Of a DNA stretch of 64,000 bases, positions 1-9,031 are shown in pieces. The translations under genes were made by a program, and so were the position numbers. Under the pieces are notes generated by a model. It was not told where the DNA came from. It saw only the letters and a program-made list of their open reading frames with translations, and searched no databases. The stretch covers positions 11-64,010 of the forward strand of contig CAMCYL010000003.1 in assembly GCA_945883905.1 (NCBI GenBank), read 5' to 3'. Position 1 is the first letter of the stretch. Every line of letters begins with the position of its first letter. The DNA is from Akkermansia muciniphila. GTDB taxonomy: Bacteria; Verrucomicrobiota; Verrucomicrobiia; Methylacidiphilales; CAMAQI01.

Positions 1-142
1 TGAAATTAGAGCCCATAGTTGTGTTTCAATCCAATGGCTGGCAAAAGAACTTAAGATGAAAAATGAAAAATCCCTCAGAAACGGTATGAGTTTGTATCGT
101 ACTGGAAAATTGGGACAAAAGACATCATGACACGGGACCGGG

Positions 143-193
143 AAAAAAAGAGCTCCAAAATTTGTAAGCGGCCTTAATTTGGAACTTTTTTTT
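143..193 (-). terminator. Possible rho-independent terminator 3' of sdhB (weak, AT-rich hairpin flanked by A7 and T8 runs)
   Basis: A-run at 143-149, arms tccaaaatt (154-162) and aatttgga (176-183), T-run at 186-193. Read on the minus strand, the hairpin is followed by a T7 run just downstream of the sdhB stop at 256. Confidence 0.3.
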
Positions 194-255
194 CAAAGGG
201 ATATTTTTCGGATCCGCCCGACGGCCTTCAGCCTAATCGCCAATCGGATTGCGAT

Positions 256-1014
256 TTACTCAGATTCCGGTCTCTCCATCAGACTCGCGGTGATATAATC
301 ACGATTGAGTCGAGAGATAAACTCAAGTGGGATTCCCTTGGGGCAAACCGCTTCACATGCTCCGGTATTCGTACAGCCACCGAACCCTTGGGCATCCATG
401 ACCTCGACCATTTTAAGGGAGCGACGATTGCGTTCCGGTTGTCCTTGGGGAAGGAGTCCCAGATGGGTGACTTTTGCTGAGACAAAAAGCATCGCGGAGG
501 AGTTTTTACAGGCAGCGACGCAGGCCCCGCAACCGATACAATGGGCAGCATCAAAGGCGAGCTCTGCGGTTTCGCGACCAATCGGAAGGGCATTGGCGTC
601 TGGAGCCTGTCCGGTATTAACAGAGATAAAACCGCCGGCTTGGATGATCTTATCAAAGGCGCTGCGATCGGTGACGAGATCCTTGAGGATCGGAAAGGGC
701 TTCGCTCGAAACGGTTCGACCGTGATCGTCTCTCCGTCTTGGAAGCTGCGCATGTAAACTTGGCAGGAGGTGACTTTATCTTCAGGACCGTGGGGTTCGC
801 CATTGATGACGCAGGAGCAGGTTCCGCAGATGCCTTCGCGACAATCGTGATCAAAGGCGATCGGTTCCTTTCCGGCTTTTGTGAGGTCATCGTTAACGAC
901 ATCCAAGACCTCCATGAAGGATTGATTGGCATTGACGTTGTTTGCTTCGTAGGTCTCAAAGGACCCCGATGAAGTATGATCGGCCTGACGCCAGACTTTA
1001 AGTTTAAAATTCAT
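256..1014 (-). CDS. sdhB: Succinate dehydrogenase/fumarate reductase iron-sulfur subunit
   Basis: 252 aa with three Fe-S cysteine clusters: [11 protein letters not shown] (2Fe-2S), [13 protein letters not shown] (4Fe-4S) and [14 protein letters not shown] (3Fe-4S). Its start overlaps the sdhA stop by 4 nt. Confidence 0.95.
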   Translation of the reverse strand: MNFKLKVWRQADHTSSGSFETYEANNVNANQSFMEVLDVVNDDLTKAGKEPIAFDHDCREGICGTCSCVINGEPHGPEDKVTSCQVYMRSFQDGETITVEPFRAKPFPILKDLVTDRSAFDKIIQAGGFISVNTGQAPDANALPIGRETAELAFDAAHCIGCGACVAACKNSSAMLFVSAKVTHLGLLPQGQPERNRRSLKMVEVMDAQGFGGCTNTGACEAVCPKGIPLEFISRLNRDYITASLMERPESE

Positions 1015-2924
1015 TTGTAACTCCGTGTTGTGAGGTGAATCTCTTCGTAGGTCAGTTGTTCCGTATGACGAACAGGGATTTGATTTTTACCTTTGTACTC
1101 CCAGACTGCGGCATGAGCGAATTTTTCGTCATTGCGTTGGCACTCTCCCTCTTCGGTTTGATATTCTTCACGAAGGTGGCAGCCACAAGACTCTTCGCGT
1201 TCGAGTGCATCGCGACAAAGAAGTTCTCCGAGTTCAAGGAAATCAGCGACCCGTCCGGCCTTTTCGAGGGATTGATTAAGATTATTGGAGTCCCCGGGAA
1301 CTTTAACGTTTTTCCAGAAATCCTCACGAAGGGCTTGGATCAGAGAGATTGCCTTTGTCAGACCGGTCTTATTTCGGGCCATGCCGCAATGATCCCAGAG
1401 AATTTTTCCAAGTTCTTTATGGTATTCGTTGATCGTTTTTGTTCCGTTGATCGAGAGGAGTTGTTTAATCTCCTCACGAACGGCTTTTTCTGCGGCTTGT
1501 GCTTCTGGGCAATCGGTCGCAGGCGTTTTTTGTTTCTGGTTGGCGAGGTAGTCGCCGATGGTATAGGGAATGACAAAATAGCCATCGGCAAGGCCCTGCA
1601 TGAGGGCACTGGCTCCGAGGCGATTGGCTCCGTGATCAGAGAAATTGGCCTCTCCTAAGACGAAGAGCCCTGGGATGTTGCTCATGAGATTATAATCAAC
1701 CCAGAGTCCTCCCATGGTGTAGTGAATCGCAGGGTAGATTCGCATCGGCTGTTGGTAAGCGTTTTCCCCCGTGATCTCATGATACATATCAAAGAGATTG
1801 CTGTAGCGTTCGCGGACTGTTTTTTCGCCTAGTCGTTGAATCGCCTCGGCAAAGTCGAGATAAACGCCGAGTCCCCCAGGGCCGACTCCCCGTCCCTCAT
1901 CGCAAACTCGTTTCGCCGCTCGTGAGGCGATATCGCGCGGGGCAAGATTCCCGTAGCTTGGATACATTCGTTCAAGAAAATAATCACGATCGGTTTCCGG
2001 AATTTCGTGAGCGGCTCGTTTCTCCCCAACGGCTTTAGGAACCCAACAACGACCGTCGTTACGAAGGGATTCGGACATTAAGGTGAGCTTCGATTGATAG
2101 TCTCCAGAGACGGGAATACAGGTCGGATGAATCTGAGTGAAGCAAGGATTGGCGAAGCCCGCCCCCTTTTTGTGAGCGCGCCAGATCGCTGTAGCGTTTG
2201 ATCCCCTCGCATAAGTGGAGAGATAAAAGACGTTTCCGTATCCCCCTGTTCCGAGGATTACGGCATCCGCCATATGGGTTTCGATTTTTCCAGTGACGAG
2301 ATTACGAGTGACGATTCCTTTGGCATGCCCATCGACGAGAATGAGATCGAGCATTTCAGTGCGGGGGAACATCTGAACTTTTCCGAGGCCGATTTGGCGA
2401 CTGAGGGCGGAATAGGCCCCGATGAGAAGTTGTTGTCCAGTGGCTCCGCGTGAGTAAAAAGTACGAGAGACTTGAGATCCCCCGAAAGAGCGATTAGCGA
2501 GAAGTCCGCCGTATTCACGTCCGAAGGGAACCCCTTGGGCGGCGCATTGATCGATGATATTGATACTGACTTGGGCGAGTCGATAGACGTTGGCTTCGCG
2601 AGCGCGGAAATCACCCCCTTTGATGGTATCGTAGAAAAGACGTTTAATGCTATCGCCATCATTTTGATAGTTTTTAGCGGCGTTAATTCCCCCTTGAGCG
2701 GCAATCGAATGAGCACGTCGAGGGCTATCTTGGAAACAGAAGCATTTAACGTTGTATCCGAGTTCAGCCAGAGAGGCGGAGGCCGCCCCGCCCCCGAGTC
2801 CAGAGCCGACGACGATGACTTTATATTTTCGCTTATTCGCTGGATTTACCAACTTGAGATTCATCCGATGGGAGTCCCATTTCTTTTCAAGAGGACCAGA
2901 GGGGATTTTGGGATCGAGTTTCAT
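1011..2924 (-). CDS. sdhA: Succinate dehydrogenase/fumarate reductase flavoprotein subunit
   Basis: 637 aa. It has an FAD fold [17 protein letters not shown], the covalent-FAD histidine context [14 protein letters not shown], and a conserved C-terminal domain. Confidence 0.95.
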   Translation of the reverse strand: MKLDPKIPSGPLEKKWDSHRMNLKLVNPANKRKYKVIVVGSGLGGGAASASLAELGYNVKCFCFQDSPRRAHSIAAQGGINAAKNYQNDGDSIKRLFYDTIKGGDFRAREANVYRLAQVSINIIDQCAAQGVPFGREYGGLLANRSFGGSQVSRTFYSRGATGQQLLIGAYSALSRQIGLGKVQMFPRTEMLDLILVDGHAKGIVTRNLVTGKIETHMADAVILGTGGYGNVFYLSTYARGSNATAIWRAHKKGAGFANPCFTQIHPTCIPVSGDYQSKLTLMSESLRNDGRCWVPKAVGEKRAAHEIPETDRDYFLERMYPSYGNLAPRDIASRAAKRVCDEGRGVGPGGLGVYLDFAEAIQRLGEKTVRERYSNLFDMYHEITGENAYQQPMRIYPAIHYTMGGLWVDYNLMSNIPGLFVLGEANFSDHGANRLGASALMQGLADGYFVIPYTIGDYLANQKQKTPATDCPEAQAAEKAVREEIKQLLSINGTKTINEYHKELGKILWDHCGMARNKTGLTKAISLIQALREDFWKNVKVPGDSNNLNQSLEKAGRVADFLELGELLCRDALEREESCGCHLREEYQTEEGECQRNDEKFAHAAVWEYKGKNQIPVRHTEQLTYEEIHLTTRSYK

Positions 2925-2974
2925 GGGGGATCTTTCGGTTGTATTTAAAAATGTTTTAAAATTTTTAAGAGGGA

Positions 2975-3655
2975 TTAGAAATCTTTGAGTTGAAAGAAAA
3001 TAGCGAGAGGAACTCCGCTCATCCCGACAAAGATGAGTCCTGCGAAAATTCGAGCTAAGTTCATTTGAAGGGGGAGATAACGTTTATCACTCCATCCAAG
3101 GGATCGGAACATACTTTGGAGTCCGTGACTTAAGTGAAGCGAGAGGAGTCCGACACCAACGACGTAGATTCCGACGAGCCACGGATTTTGGAAAGCATGA
3201 ACCACCATGGCGTAAACATCATGGCGACCTTTTAGATCTTGTTGAAAATATTCAGGAGTACCGGGGACCGTGCGGACGGTGAAGTGGAGGAGATGAAAAA
3301 TAATGAAACCTAAAACAATACAGCCACTCAGCGTCATCGATCGCGAGGCCCAAGTGGTGCCGAGGGTTTTAGATTCGGCATATTTTTCAGGGGCAGCCGC
3401 GCGATTGGCGATCGTGAGGGTGATCGCCGCCCAGAGATGAAGAGCGACAACGGCGAGGAGTCCTAAGCGGAATCCCCAGAGAACAAAGGCTTTGGATTGA
3501 ATGAGTTGTGCGTAATCGTTCAAGGCCTCGGCTCCAGCAAATACTTGCCAGTTACCCAACATATGGATGATCACAAAACCAAAGAGAAGGACTCCTGTGA
3601 AAGCCATGAGGATCTTCTTGCCGATTGTGGATTGAAAAAGTCGTTTGAGAATCAT
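2975..3655 (-). CDS. sdhC: Succinate dehydrogenase cytochrome b subunit (single-subunit b558-type membrane anchor)
   Basis: 226 aa, about 5 hydrophobic helices carrying His residues (IIHMLGN, ALHLWAA, FHLLHF, LHLSHG). It is the first gene of the sdhCAB operon. Confidence 0.85.
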   Translation of the reverse strand: MILKRLFQSTIGKKILMAFTGVLLFGFVIIHMLGNWQVFAGAEALNDYAQLIQSKAFVLWGFRLGLLAVVALHLWAAITLTIANRAAAPEKYAESKTLGTTWASRSMTLSGCIVLGFIIFHLLHFTVRTVPGTPEYFQQDLKGRHDVYAMVVHAFQNPWLVGIYVVGVGLLSLHLSHGLQSMFRSLGWSDKRYLPLQMNLARIFAGLIFVGMSGVPLAIFFQLKDF

Positions 3656-3775
3656 GAGGGGGAGAGTATTTTTTAAGAGGGAAAAGTCAAAGAGAGAGAT
3701 GGCGAGGCGGAACGATTTTACTTCTGCTAATGGCTCACTCTGAATCTCTTATCGAGAAAAAGTAAAGATCTCAGT

Positions 3776-3804
3776 TTGACGAAAGTAAAAACACCCAGTA
3801 AGAT
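3776..3804 (+). promoter_or_regulatory. Sigma-70-like promoter candidate for the Sel1-repeat gene
   Basis: TTGACG (3776-3781), 17-nt spacer, TAAGAT (3799-3804). Only 6 nt separate the -10 from the GTG start at 3811. Confidence 0.3.
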
Positions 3805-3810
3805 CGTTTC

Positions 3811-4419
3811 GTGGAATGGATTAAACGGTCGTACACCGACATTAAAAATGGTGCAGAAGAGGGGAACCTTGATGCGATTTGTGCTTTGGGAATTTGTTAC
3901 AGCAAAGGCCTAGGAGTTACACAGGATTATAAGGTTGCATTTGATTACTTTAAAAAAGCAGCCAAGGGAGGGGATGTGGAGGCGACCTTTCAAATGGGGG
4001 TAGCCTATGCTCACGGTTTTGGGGTCGAGCAGAATTTCGTAGAATCGGTTAAATGGCTTTCATCGGCAGCCCATCAGGAGCATCCGGGGGCGCAAGATAG
4101 TTTGGGTGTGCGTTACGCGACGGGACAAGGGGTTACTCAGAATGATCGTGAAGCGATTGTTTGGTTTACAAAGGCGGCAGAAAAGGGATATGGGGTGGCT
4201 CAGTTTAATTTAGCGATTGCTTATGTTCAGGGACAAGGGGTTCCACAGGATTACTATCAGGCCTATATTTGGTTTTCATTAGCGGCCTTAAAAGGAGATT
4301 CGATGGCGGCGGATAGTCGCGATAGTGTTGCAGAGTGTTTGGAAGGGAAGCAACAACTTGAGGCCAACAAGATTATAAAAGAGAAGTTGGCAAAAGAGAT
4401 GTTGGCGAAGCCAAATTGA
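3811..4419 (+). CDS. Sel1-like (SLR/TPR-type) repeat protein
   Basis: 202 aa with about 36-aa repeats of the pattern A..WF.KAAE.G...AQ..LG..Y..G.GV.QD...A, seen at least 4 times. GTG start. Confidence 0.85.
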   Translation: MEWIKRSYTDIKNGAEEGNLDAICALGICYSKGLGVTQDYKVAFDYFKKAAKGGDVEATFQMGVAYAHGFGVEQNFVESVKWLSSAAHQEHPGAQDSLGVRYATGQGVTQNDREAIVWFTKAAEKGYGVAQFNLAIAYVQGQGVPQDYYQAYIWFSLAALKGDSMAADSRDSVAECLEGKQQLEANKIIKEKLAKEMLAKPN

Positions 4420-4444
4420 TTTAATTCTAAATAATCCCATTTCA

Positions 4445-4830
4445 TGCATTAGGAATTTAAAAAATGGAGCGCCGCCGGCTTGGCGGCATGGATCAGGGGT
4501 GGATTTAACCCCGAAAGCATCCGCATTGGCGTCAAGCTAACACAAAAAAAGACAGTTTTTTAACCGCGGGGTAAACGGAGGCCAACGGAGGAAAATTCAA
4601 TTCGCTATTTATTTGAATGCCAAATCAACTGCCTTTTTTTCCCTATTAAAAACAGTATTCACCTCCGTTTCCCTCCGCTTACCCCGCGGTTAAAATTGTA
4701 GTTTCTCTTCCCCTTAAGTTGACGGCTATGCGATCCGTCAGATGACGGACGGGGTTAAAGGGTGAGGAGGAAAAGTCAAAATACCCCCCCCTTCGCCCAT
4801 GCCGCCGGGCCGTCGGAGCTCCATTTCTTT
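4445..4830. repeat. Family-2 nested-palindrome intergenic element (full copy, about 385 bp)
   Basis: Outer inverted repeat aaatggagcgccgccggcttggcggcatgg (4462-4491) pairs with ccatgccgccgggccgtcggagctccattt (4798-4827). Inner inverted repeat ttaaccgcggggtaaacggaggccaacggagg (about 4559-4590) pairs with cctccgtttccctccgcttaccccgcggttaa (about 4662-4693). A further pair is ggatttaaccccg with cggggttaaaggg. A second partial copy lies at 41812-41892. Confidence 0.85.
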
Positions 4831-4888
4831 TTCACCATTCTGGTGACATACTTTAGCGATAAAATCGATTTCTAGCCCAGAATCGGGG

Positions 4889-6274
4889 TTAAATCGCCTC
4901 TAATAGCTTTTGATGGATTCCCCCAAAGCCGCCGTTACTAAAGATGACGACGATGTTGTTGGGTTGAAGTTGAGGGAGGATGGATTGAATAATGTGATCG
5001 ACGCTTGGTTCGTAAAAGGCTGCTTTGCCTTTCTTTTTTAAATCCTCGACGATTTTTTCTGGATTGAGTCGTTGATCGAGTGGAAGTTTTTCCAAGGAGG
5101 CGACCTGAGCAACGTAGATCCCATCGGCATAGCCGAGAGCTTGGGGAAGATCATCTTGAAAAACGGCTCGACGAGTGGTGTTGCTGCGGGGTTCAAAAAT
5201 TGCCCATATTTTTTGTCCCGGGTAGCGAACAAGCAGCGCTTTTAAGGTTTCGCGAATCGCGGTGGGGTGATGTCCAAAATCATCGATAAGAGTGATTCCT
5301 TTACGGACTCCACGGATCTCTTGGCGTCTTTTAATTCCTCCGAAGGAGAGGAGTCCGGACTTTATTTTTTCAAAAGGAATTTGATAAAAGTGGGCAGCGG
5401 CGATGGCCATTGCGGCATTTCGGACGTTGTATTCGCCGACCATGGGGAGATGAAAGGATTGTCCGAACATTTCGAAGGTGGAGCCGTCTGAGAGGAGTTT
5501 CAGGTTTTCGATTCTGGCTCCGGCCTGGGGAGAGAATCCAACGGAAAGAATGGGGGCTTGTGCGTGCGGGGTGACGGCAAGGGCATGGGGATCATCGGCG
5601 TTGACGAGGATCATTCCATTTCGAGGAACGATGTTCACGACCCGTTTGAAAGAGAGTTGGATTGCTTCCAGATTTTCGTAGATGTCGGCATGATCAAATT
5701 CGACATTATTAATAATGAGAAGTTCAGGGAGGTAGTGATTGAATTTACTCCGTTTATCAAAATAAGCGGTGTCGTATTCATCCCCTTCGATGATCCAATG
5801 CTTTCCCTCCTGTTTTTTGCAGCCTTGATCGAAATTCAAGGGAATGCCGCCGATCATGTAAGAGGGTTTTTCGCCCGCGTGTTCAAAGAGCCAGGCCGTG
5901 AGGGAAGTGGTCGTTGTTTTTCCGTGGGTTCCAGAGACGACAATGTTATGAGTTTTCCGGAGAAAATAAAATTTGAGAACCTCGGGGAGTGAGAGATAGA
6001 ATTTTTTTGATTCAAGTGCCGCTTCAAGTTCTGGATTACCTCGACTAATGGCGTTGCCAACGACGAGGATGGTATCATCTGCGGGAAGGTTTTCAGGTCG
6101 ATACCCTGCCATAATCTTGATTCCTTTTTGCTCAAGAAAAGTCGACATGGGGGGATAGATGTTTTCATCAGATCCAGAAACATTGTAACCGAGATCTTTG
6201 AGCATTGCGGCAACGGAGCCCATGGCGGTTCCGCAAATACCGAGAAAATGAAAGGATTGAGCTTGGGGTAACAT
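4889..6274 (-). CDS. mpl: UDP-N-acetylmuramate:L-alanyl-gamma-D-glutamyl-meso-diaminopimelate ligase (murein peptide ligase)
   Basis: 461 aa. The N-terminus FHFLGICGTAMGSVAAMLKDLGYNVSGSDENIYPPMSTFLEQKGI is Mpl-type (YPPMST..LE..GI), and it has the Mur-ligase P-loop GTHGKTTTTS. Confidence 0.85.
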   Translation of the reverse strand: MLPQAQSFHFLGICGTAMGSVAAMLKDLGYNVSGSDENIYPPMSTFLEQKGIKIMAGYRPENLPADDTILVVGNAISRGNPELEAALESKKFYLSLPEVLKFYFLRKTHNIVVSGTHGKTTTTSLTAWLFEHAGEKPSYMIGGIPLNFDQGCKKQEGKHWIIEGDEYDTAYFDKRSKFNHYLPELLIINNVEFDHADIYENLEAIQLSFKRVVNIVPRNGMILVNADDPHALAVTPHAQAPILSVGFSPQAGARIENLKLLSDGSTFEMFGQSFHLPMVGEYNVRNAAMAIAAAHFYQIPFEKIKSGLLSFGGIKRRQEIRGVRKGITLIDDFGHHPTAIRETLKALLVRYPGQKIWAIFEPRSNTTRRAVFQDDLPQALGYADGIYVAQVASLEKLPLDQRLNPEKIVEDLKKKGKAAFYEPSVDHIIQSILPQLQPNNIVVIFSNGGFGGIHQKLLEAI

Positions 6275-6327
6275 AAAACGGGAGAGAGAAAAAATAAAAC
6301 AGTAAAGAGATATAGAGAGGGTAGGGA

Positions 6328-7059
6328 TTAGTAATTCACTTCATCGACGAGGTGTTTTGAGGAGCGATGAGGGAGTGCCTTGGGTTTGGCTTTATCGAGG
6401 AGTTGATCGATTTCTTTCATGTGTAGATCAGGAAGTGGAAGGGAGTTATCCCACGCTTTGACGAGTTTTGAGATACCACAGGTCACGAGATTAAAGCGCC
6501 AGCGGATTGACTCAACGAGGTAGGGGTTAAAGCTGTAAAAGCCGAGATATTTGCGGTCTTGAGTTTTTTTGGCGTTATTAATTTGTCGGCAGACAAGTAC
6601 CGCTCGACTTTTATCGCTTTGGAACAGAACCAGGTGATAGTTCTGAAGCTTTTTGTGTTGCATCGGAATGAAATCGATATTTTTACGATTTTTAGGCGTT
6701 TTTCCGTAGGCCCAAATGCGAACGCAATCGGAATCTTTCGAGATACTTTCTAATAAGGTTTGGTACTGCTTAAAGTCTTCGAAGTCGGAGAAGCTGACGA
6801 TGAGGTCTCCCCCGCGGACCTCTGAGGAGAGATCGATAATCGCATTGCTGACGCCGAGAACGGTATCTGCATCAAGAACGTGATGGAGATCTGTATCCGG
6901 GATAACCACGGCTTCACCAAGAGTAATTTTTTTGTTTTTTTTGCGACTTTGATGGACACGGACAGCGCTCGGGGTCGACTTCTTTGGGCACAGATATTTC
7001 TTAATCGCCTTGTTAAATTTCTTGGCGGTTGCTTTTTCGCATTTAGTAACAGCTATCAT
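6328..7059 (-). CDS. Hypothetical protein with basic N-terminus and a possible DICT-like sensory domain
   Basis: 243 aa. The segment LIVSFSDFEDFKQYQTLLESISKDSDCVRIWAYGKTP...IDFIPMQHKKLQNYHLVLFQSDKSRAVLVCRQ resembles my recollection of the DICT-domain pattern. Co-directional, 97 bp downstream of the cyclase gene. Confidence 0.4.
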   Translation of the reverse strand: MIAVTKCEKATAKKFNKAIKKYLCPKKSTPSAVRVHQSRKKNKKITLGEAVVIPDTDLHHVLDADTVLGVSNAIIDLSSEVRGGDLIVSFSDFEDFKQYQTLLESISKDSDCVRIWAYGKTPKNRKNIDFIPMQHKKLQNYHLVLFQSDKSRAVLVCRQINNAKKTQDRKYLGFYSFNPYLVESIRWRFNLVTCGISKLVKAWDNSLPLPDLHMKEIDQLLDKAKPKALPHRSSKHLVDEVNY

Positions 7060-7156
7060 GATTATTCGGTTCGGTCAAAATTGATCCCATAGTAGTAATC
7101 TGGTATTTGGATTCGGGCAAATGATTTTTTTAAGAAATGTAAAATAAAAGTGAGGT

Positions 7157-7774
7157 TTAAGGAGCGGAAACAGGATCTTCCGACCAAAGATGCCCCATCG
7201 GCAGACGATAATAGGTATAAATTCCCTCTCCTTTTTTTCCTTCAACTCGGTAGGGACCTGTGAGTTCTTCGCAATCGACTCCGATGAGCTGCGCGGCATT
7301 GGGGCCGATATGACAGCGATTTCCACTACCACTGGAGGAGATTCGATGGGCATAGTTAATAGGGGGACCGATCAGTAAGATTTGTTCGCCGATCGCTTTA
7401 CTGGAGACTTGCGAGATATCCATCCATCCGTATTCGAGGGCAATTTTGAGGCTAGGACCTTCGGGGAAGGGCCATTCAAAATTACTGGTGGGATCGTTGA
7501 GAATAGAGCACTGTCGAGCCACTGCTTTTGCGATTTGAGCAGAGCATTCAAGAACTTCGGTTCTATTTTTAAGAATGGCAATAAAGGCATCTCCCATGAA
7601 CCCAATGACATGACCGTTATGAGATTCAACCGCATTGACTCCCTCTTTAAGGACATCGGCAATTCGTTTGGCGATATTTTCACCGAGCGATCGATCAACG
7701 AGAGTGGTGAATCCGTTGATGTCAACGAGCATAGCAAAGGCTTGGATCGAGCCATGGCGTGGAAAATCGGACAT
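7157..7774 (-). CDS. Standalone class III adenylate/guanylate cyclase catalytic-domain protein
   Basis: 205 aa. The metal-binding Asp contexts LVDINGFT and GFMGDAFIA are present. So is the Asn/Arg transition-state motif PINYAHR, the equivalent of VNxAAR. Confidence 0.75.
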   Translation of the reverse strand: MSDFPRHGSIQAFAMLVDINGFTTLVDRSLGENIAKRIADVLKEGVNAVESHNGHVIGFMGDAFIAILKNRTEVLECSAQIAKAVARQCSILNDPTSNFEWPFPEGPSLKIALEYGWMDISQVSSKAIGEQILLIGPPINYAHRISSSGSGNRCHIGPNAAQLIGVDCEELTGPYRVEGKKGEGIYTYYRLPMGHLWSEDPVSAP

Positions 7775-7857
7775 GACGGAAACTTAAGAACTATTTTGAA
7801 GAATCACAATGAATTTTTCTTCAGTGTTAGTTCTCACTTTAGGATTTAAATTCATAT

Positions 7858-8339
7858 CCGGCCAAAACGAATCTGGATTTGAGAGGGGAATTAGAGGAGG
7901 GGGATTGAAATTCTAAAACAGTTCTCGCGCAACGACGCGACGCCGCAACGTCAGAGAAGGAGAGGATCGTGAGCTCTTTCCTTTCGGCGCCTCCAGAGAA
8001 TCTCTCCCGTTTCTTTGAAAAAAGGATTTTCAAAAAACGATCGAGTTTCTCTGGAGGGGATCGGTTTCACCTCTCCTCGGAAAGAGCTCACGATCCTCTC
8101 AGTGGTAAATTCTCGGATTTTTTTGTATGAAATGGGGGGGAGTTCTGATCCCAAGAGCGTAAGCGATATATCCCTGTTTTTAAAAAGAGATCGAAAGCTC
8201 GTTTTCGAGAACTTTTTAAAAATAGGAAGGAGGCTCGCAAGAGCCGTGGTCAGAACGAAGGGGGAGGTAGGGATTTAACGTGGCGTCGTCGCGTCGTTGC
8301 GTGAGACAATGTATTTAAGTTTTTTAGTGGACAGTAATG
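7858..8339 (+). repeat. Family-1 nested inverted-repeat intergenic element, copy A (longest, about 480 bp)
   Basis: Long-range inverted repeat cgcaacgacgcgacgccgcaacgt (about 7927-7950) pairs with acgtggcgtcgtcgcgtcgttgcg (about 8278-8301). A perfect 22-bp inverted repeat gagaggatcgtgagctctttcc lies at 7960-7981 and 8079-8100. Further internal hairpins are present. The element is homologous to 10235-10522, 11956-12015 and, reverse-complemented, 33371-33740. Confidence 0.9.
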
Positions 8340-8377
8340 CTCTTTCCCATTTCTATTGAAAGTCAATCAGAAGATTC

Positions 8378-8845
8378 TCAGGAATGCATGAGACCAAAGA
8401 TCTCTTCGACTGCTTTTTTGCGGTAGGCAAAGATTTTCTCGAGTTGAGGGCGAACCAAAATTGGATGGGCCATCTGTCCCAACCAACCAAAGGAGAGGCC
8501 GTAATGAATTCGATCGGTGATTAAGGTTCCCCCGGGAATTTCTGTAAAGTGATGTTGGTGATGCCAAAAGCGATAGGGGCCAAACCGCTGTTCATCGACA
8601 AAGAGAAAGGGGGCCTCGACGTGGGAGATCTCCGTGATCCATTGGAGTCTGATTCCAGGAAAAGGAGAGACCCGATGCGTGATGATCATGCCTGGATGAA
8701 CCTCCTCTTTGCCGAGATGATGGGATTGAAATCCGAGAGCGGGGGGAGTGATTTTTGCGAGATTATTGGCATTGCTAAAAAAACGCCATAATTCTTGGAT
8801 CGGGACTGGGGCCTTTTGGGTGACTTCAAGTTCGTAAAGTTTCAT
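8378..8845 (-). CDS. SRPBCC-superfamily ligand-binding protein (cyclase/dehydrase-like)
   Basis: 155 aa. The pattern WRFFSNANNLAKITPP ... FVDEQRFGPYRFWHHQHHF is typical of this small SRPBCC family. Confidence 0.65.
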   Translation of the reverse strand: MKLYELEVTQKAPVPIQELWRFFSNANNLAKITPPALGFQSHHLGKEEVHPGMIITHRVSPFPGIRLQWITEISHVEAPFLFVDEQRFGPYRFWHHQHHFTEIPGGTLITDRIHYGLSFGWLGQMAHPILVRPQLEKIFAYRKKAVEEIFGLMHS

Positions 8846-9031
8846 CGAGAGGAGACTGACAGAGATTTAATCCCTGTCAAAGAAAGGGAATTTTAGAGGC
8901 GAATTCTTTTTCAGTGAGAGAAGCGTAACAAATTATCAAATAAGGGATGAAAACCGATGGAATACAAAATTGGGTTGTTTTAGCCTTGGGATTGTCTTAA
9001 GGTTTTTCTTCCTTTTAAAAAAAGAGTTTGA

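Noticed and set aside
6328-7774. Reading the small cyclase plus downstream gene as a Pycsar/CBASS-like cyclic-nucleotide defence operon.
   Set aside because: The partner shows no cNMP-binding (FGE...RTA), TIR, TM or nuclease effector motifs that I can see. It looks DICT-like instead. I kept it only as a signalling-pair observation.
8015-8278. An 87-aa ORF (MKKGFSKNDRVSLEGIGFTSPRKELTILS...) with a 61-aa look-alike at 10411-10596, which could be read as a conserved small protein family.
   Set aside because: Both lie inside Family-1 repeat copies. The similarity is simply nucleotide identity of the repeat, the frames diverge as soon as the copies diverge, and copy C lacks the segment entirely.
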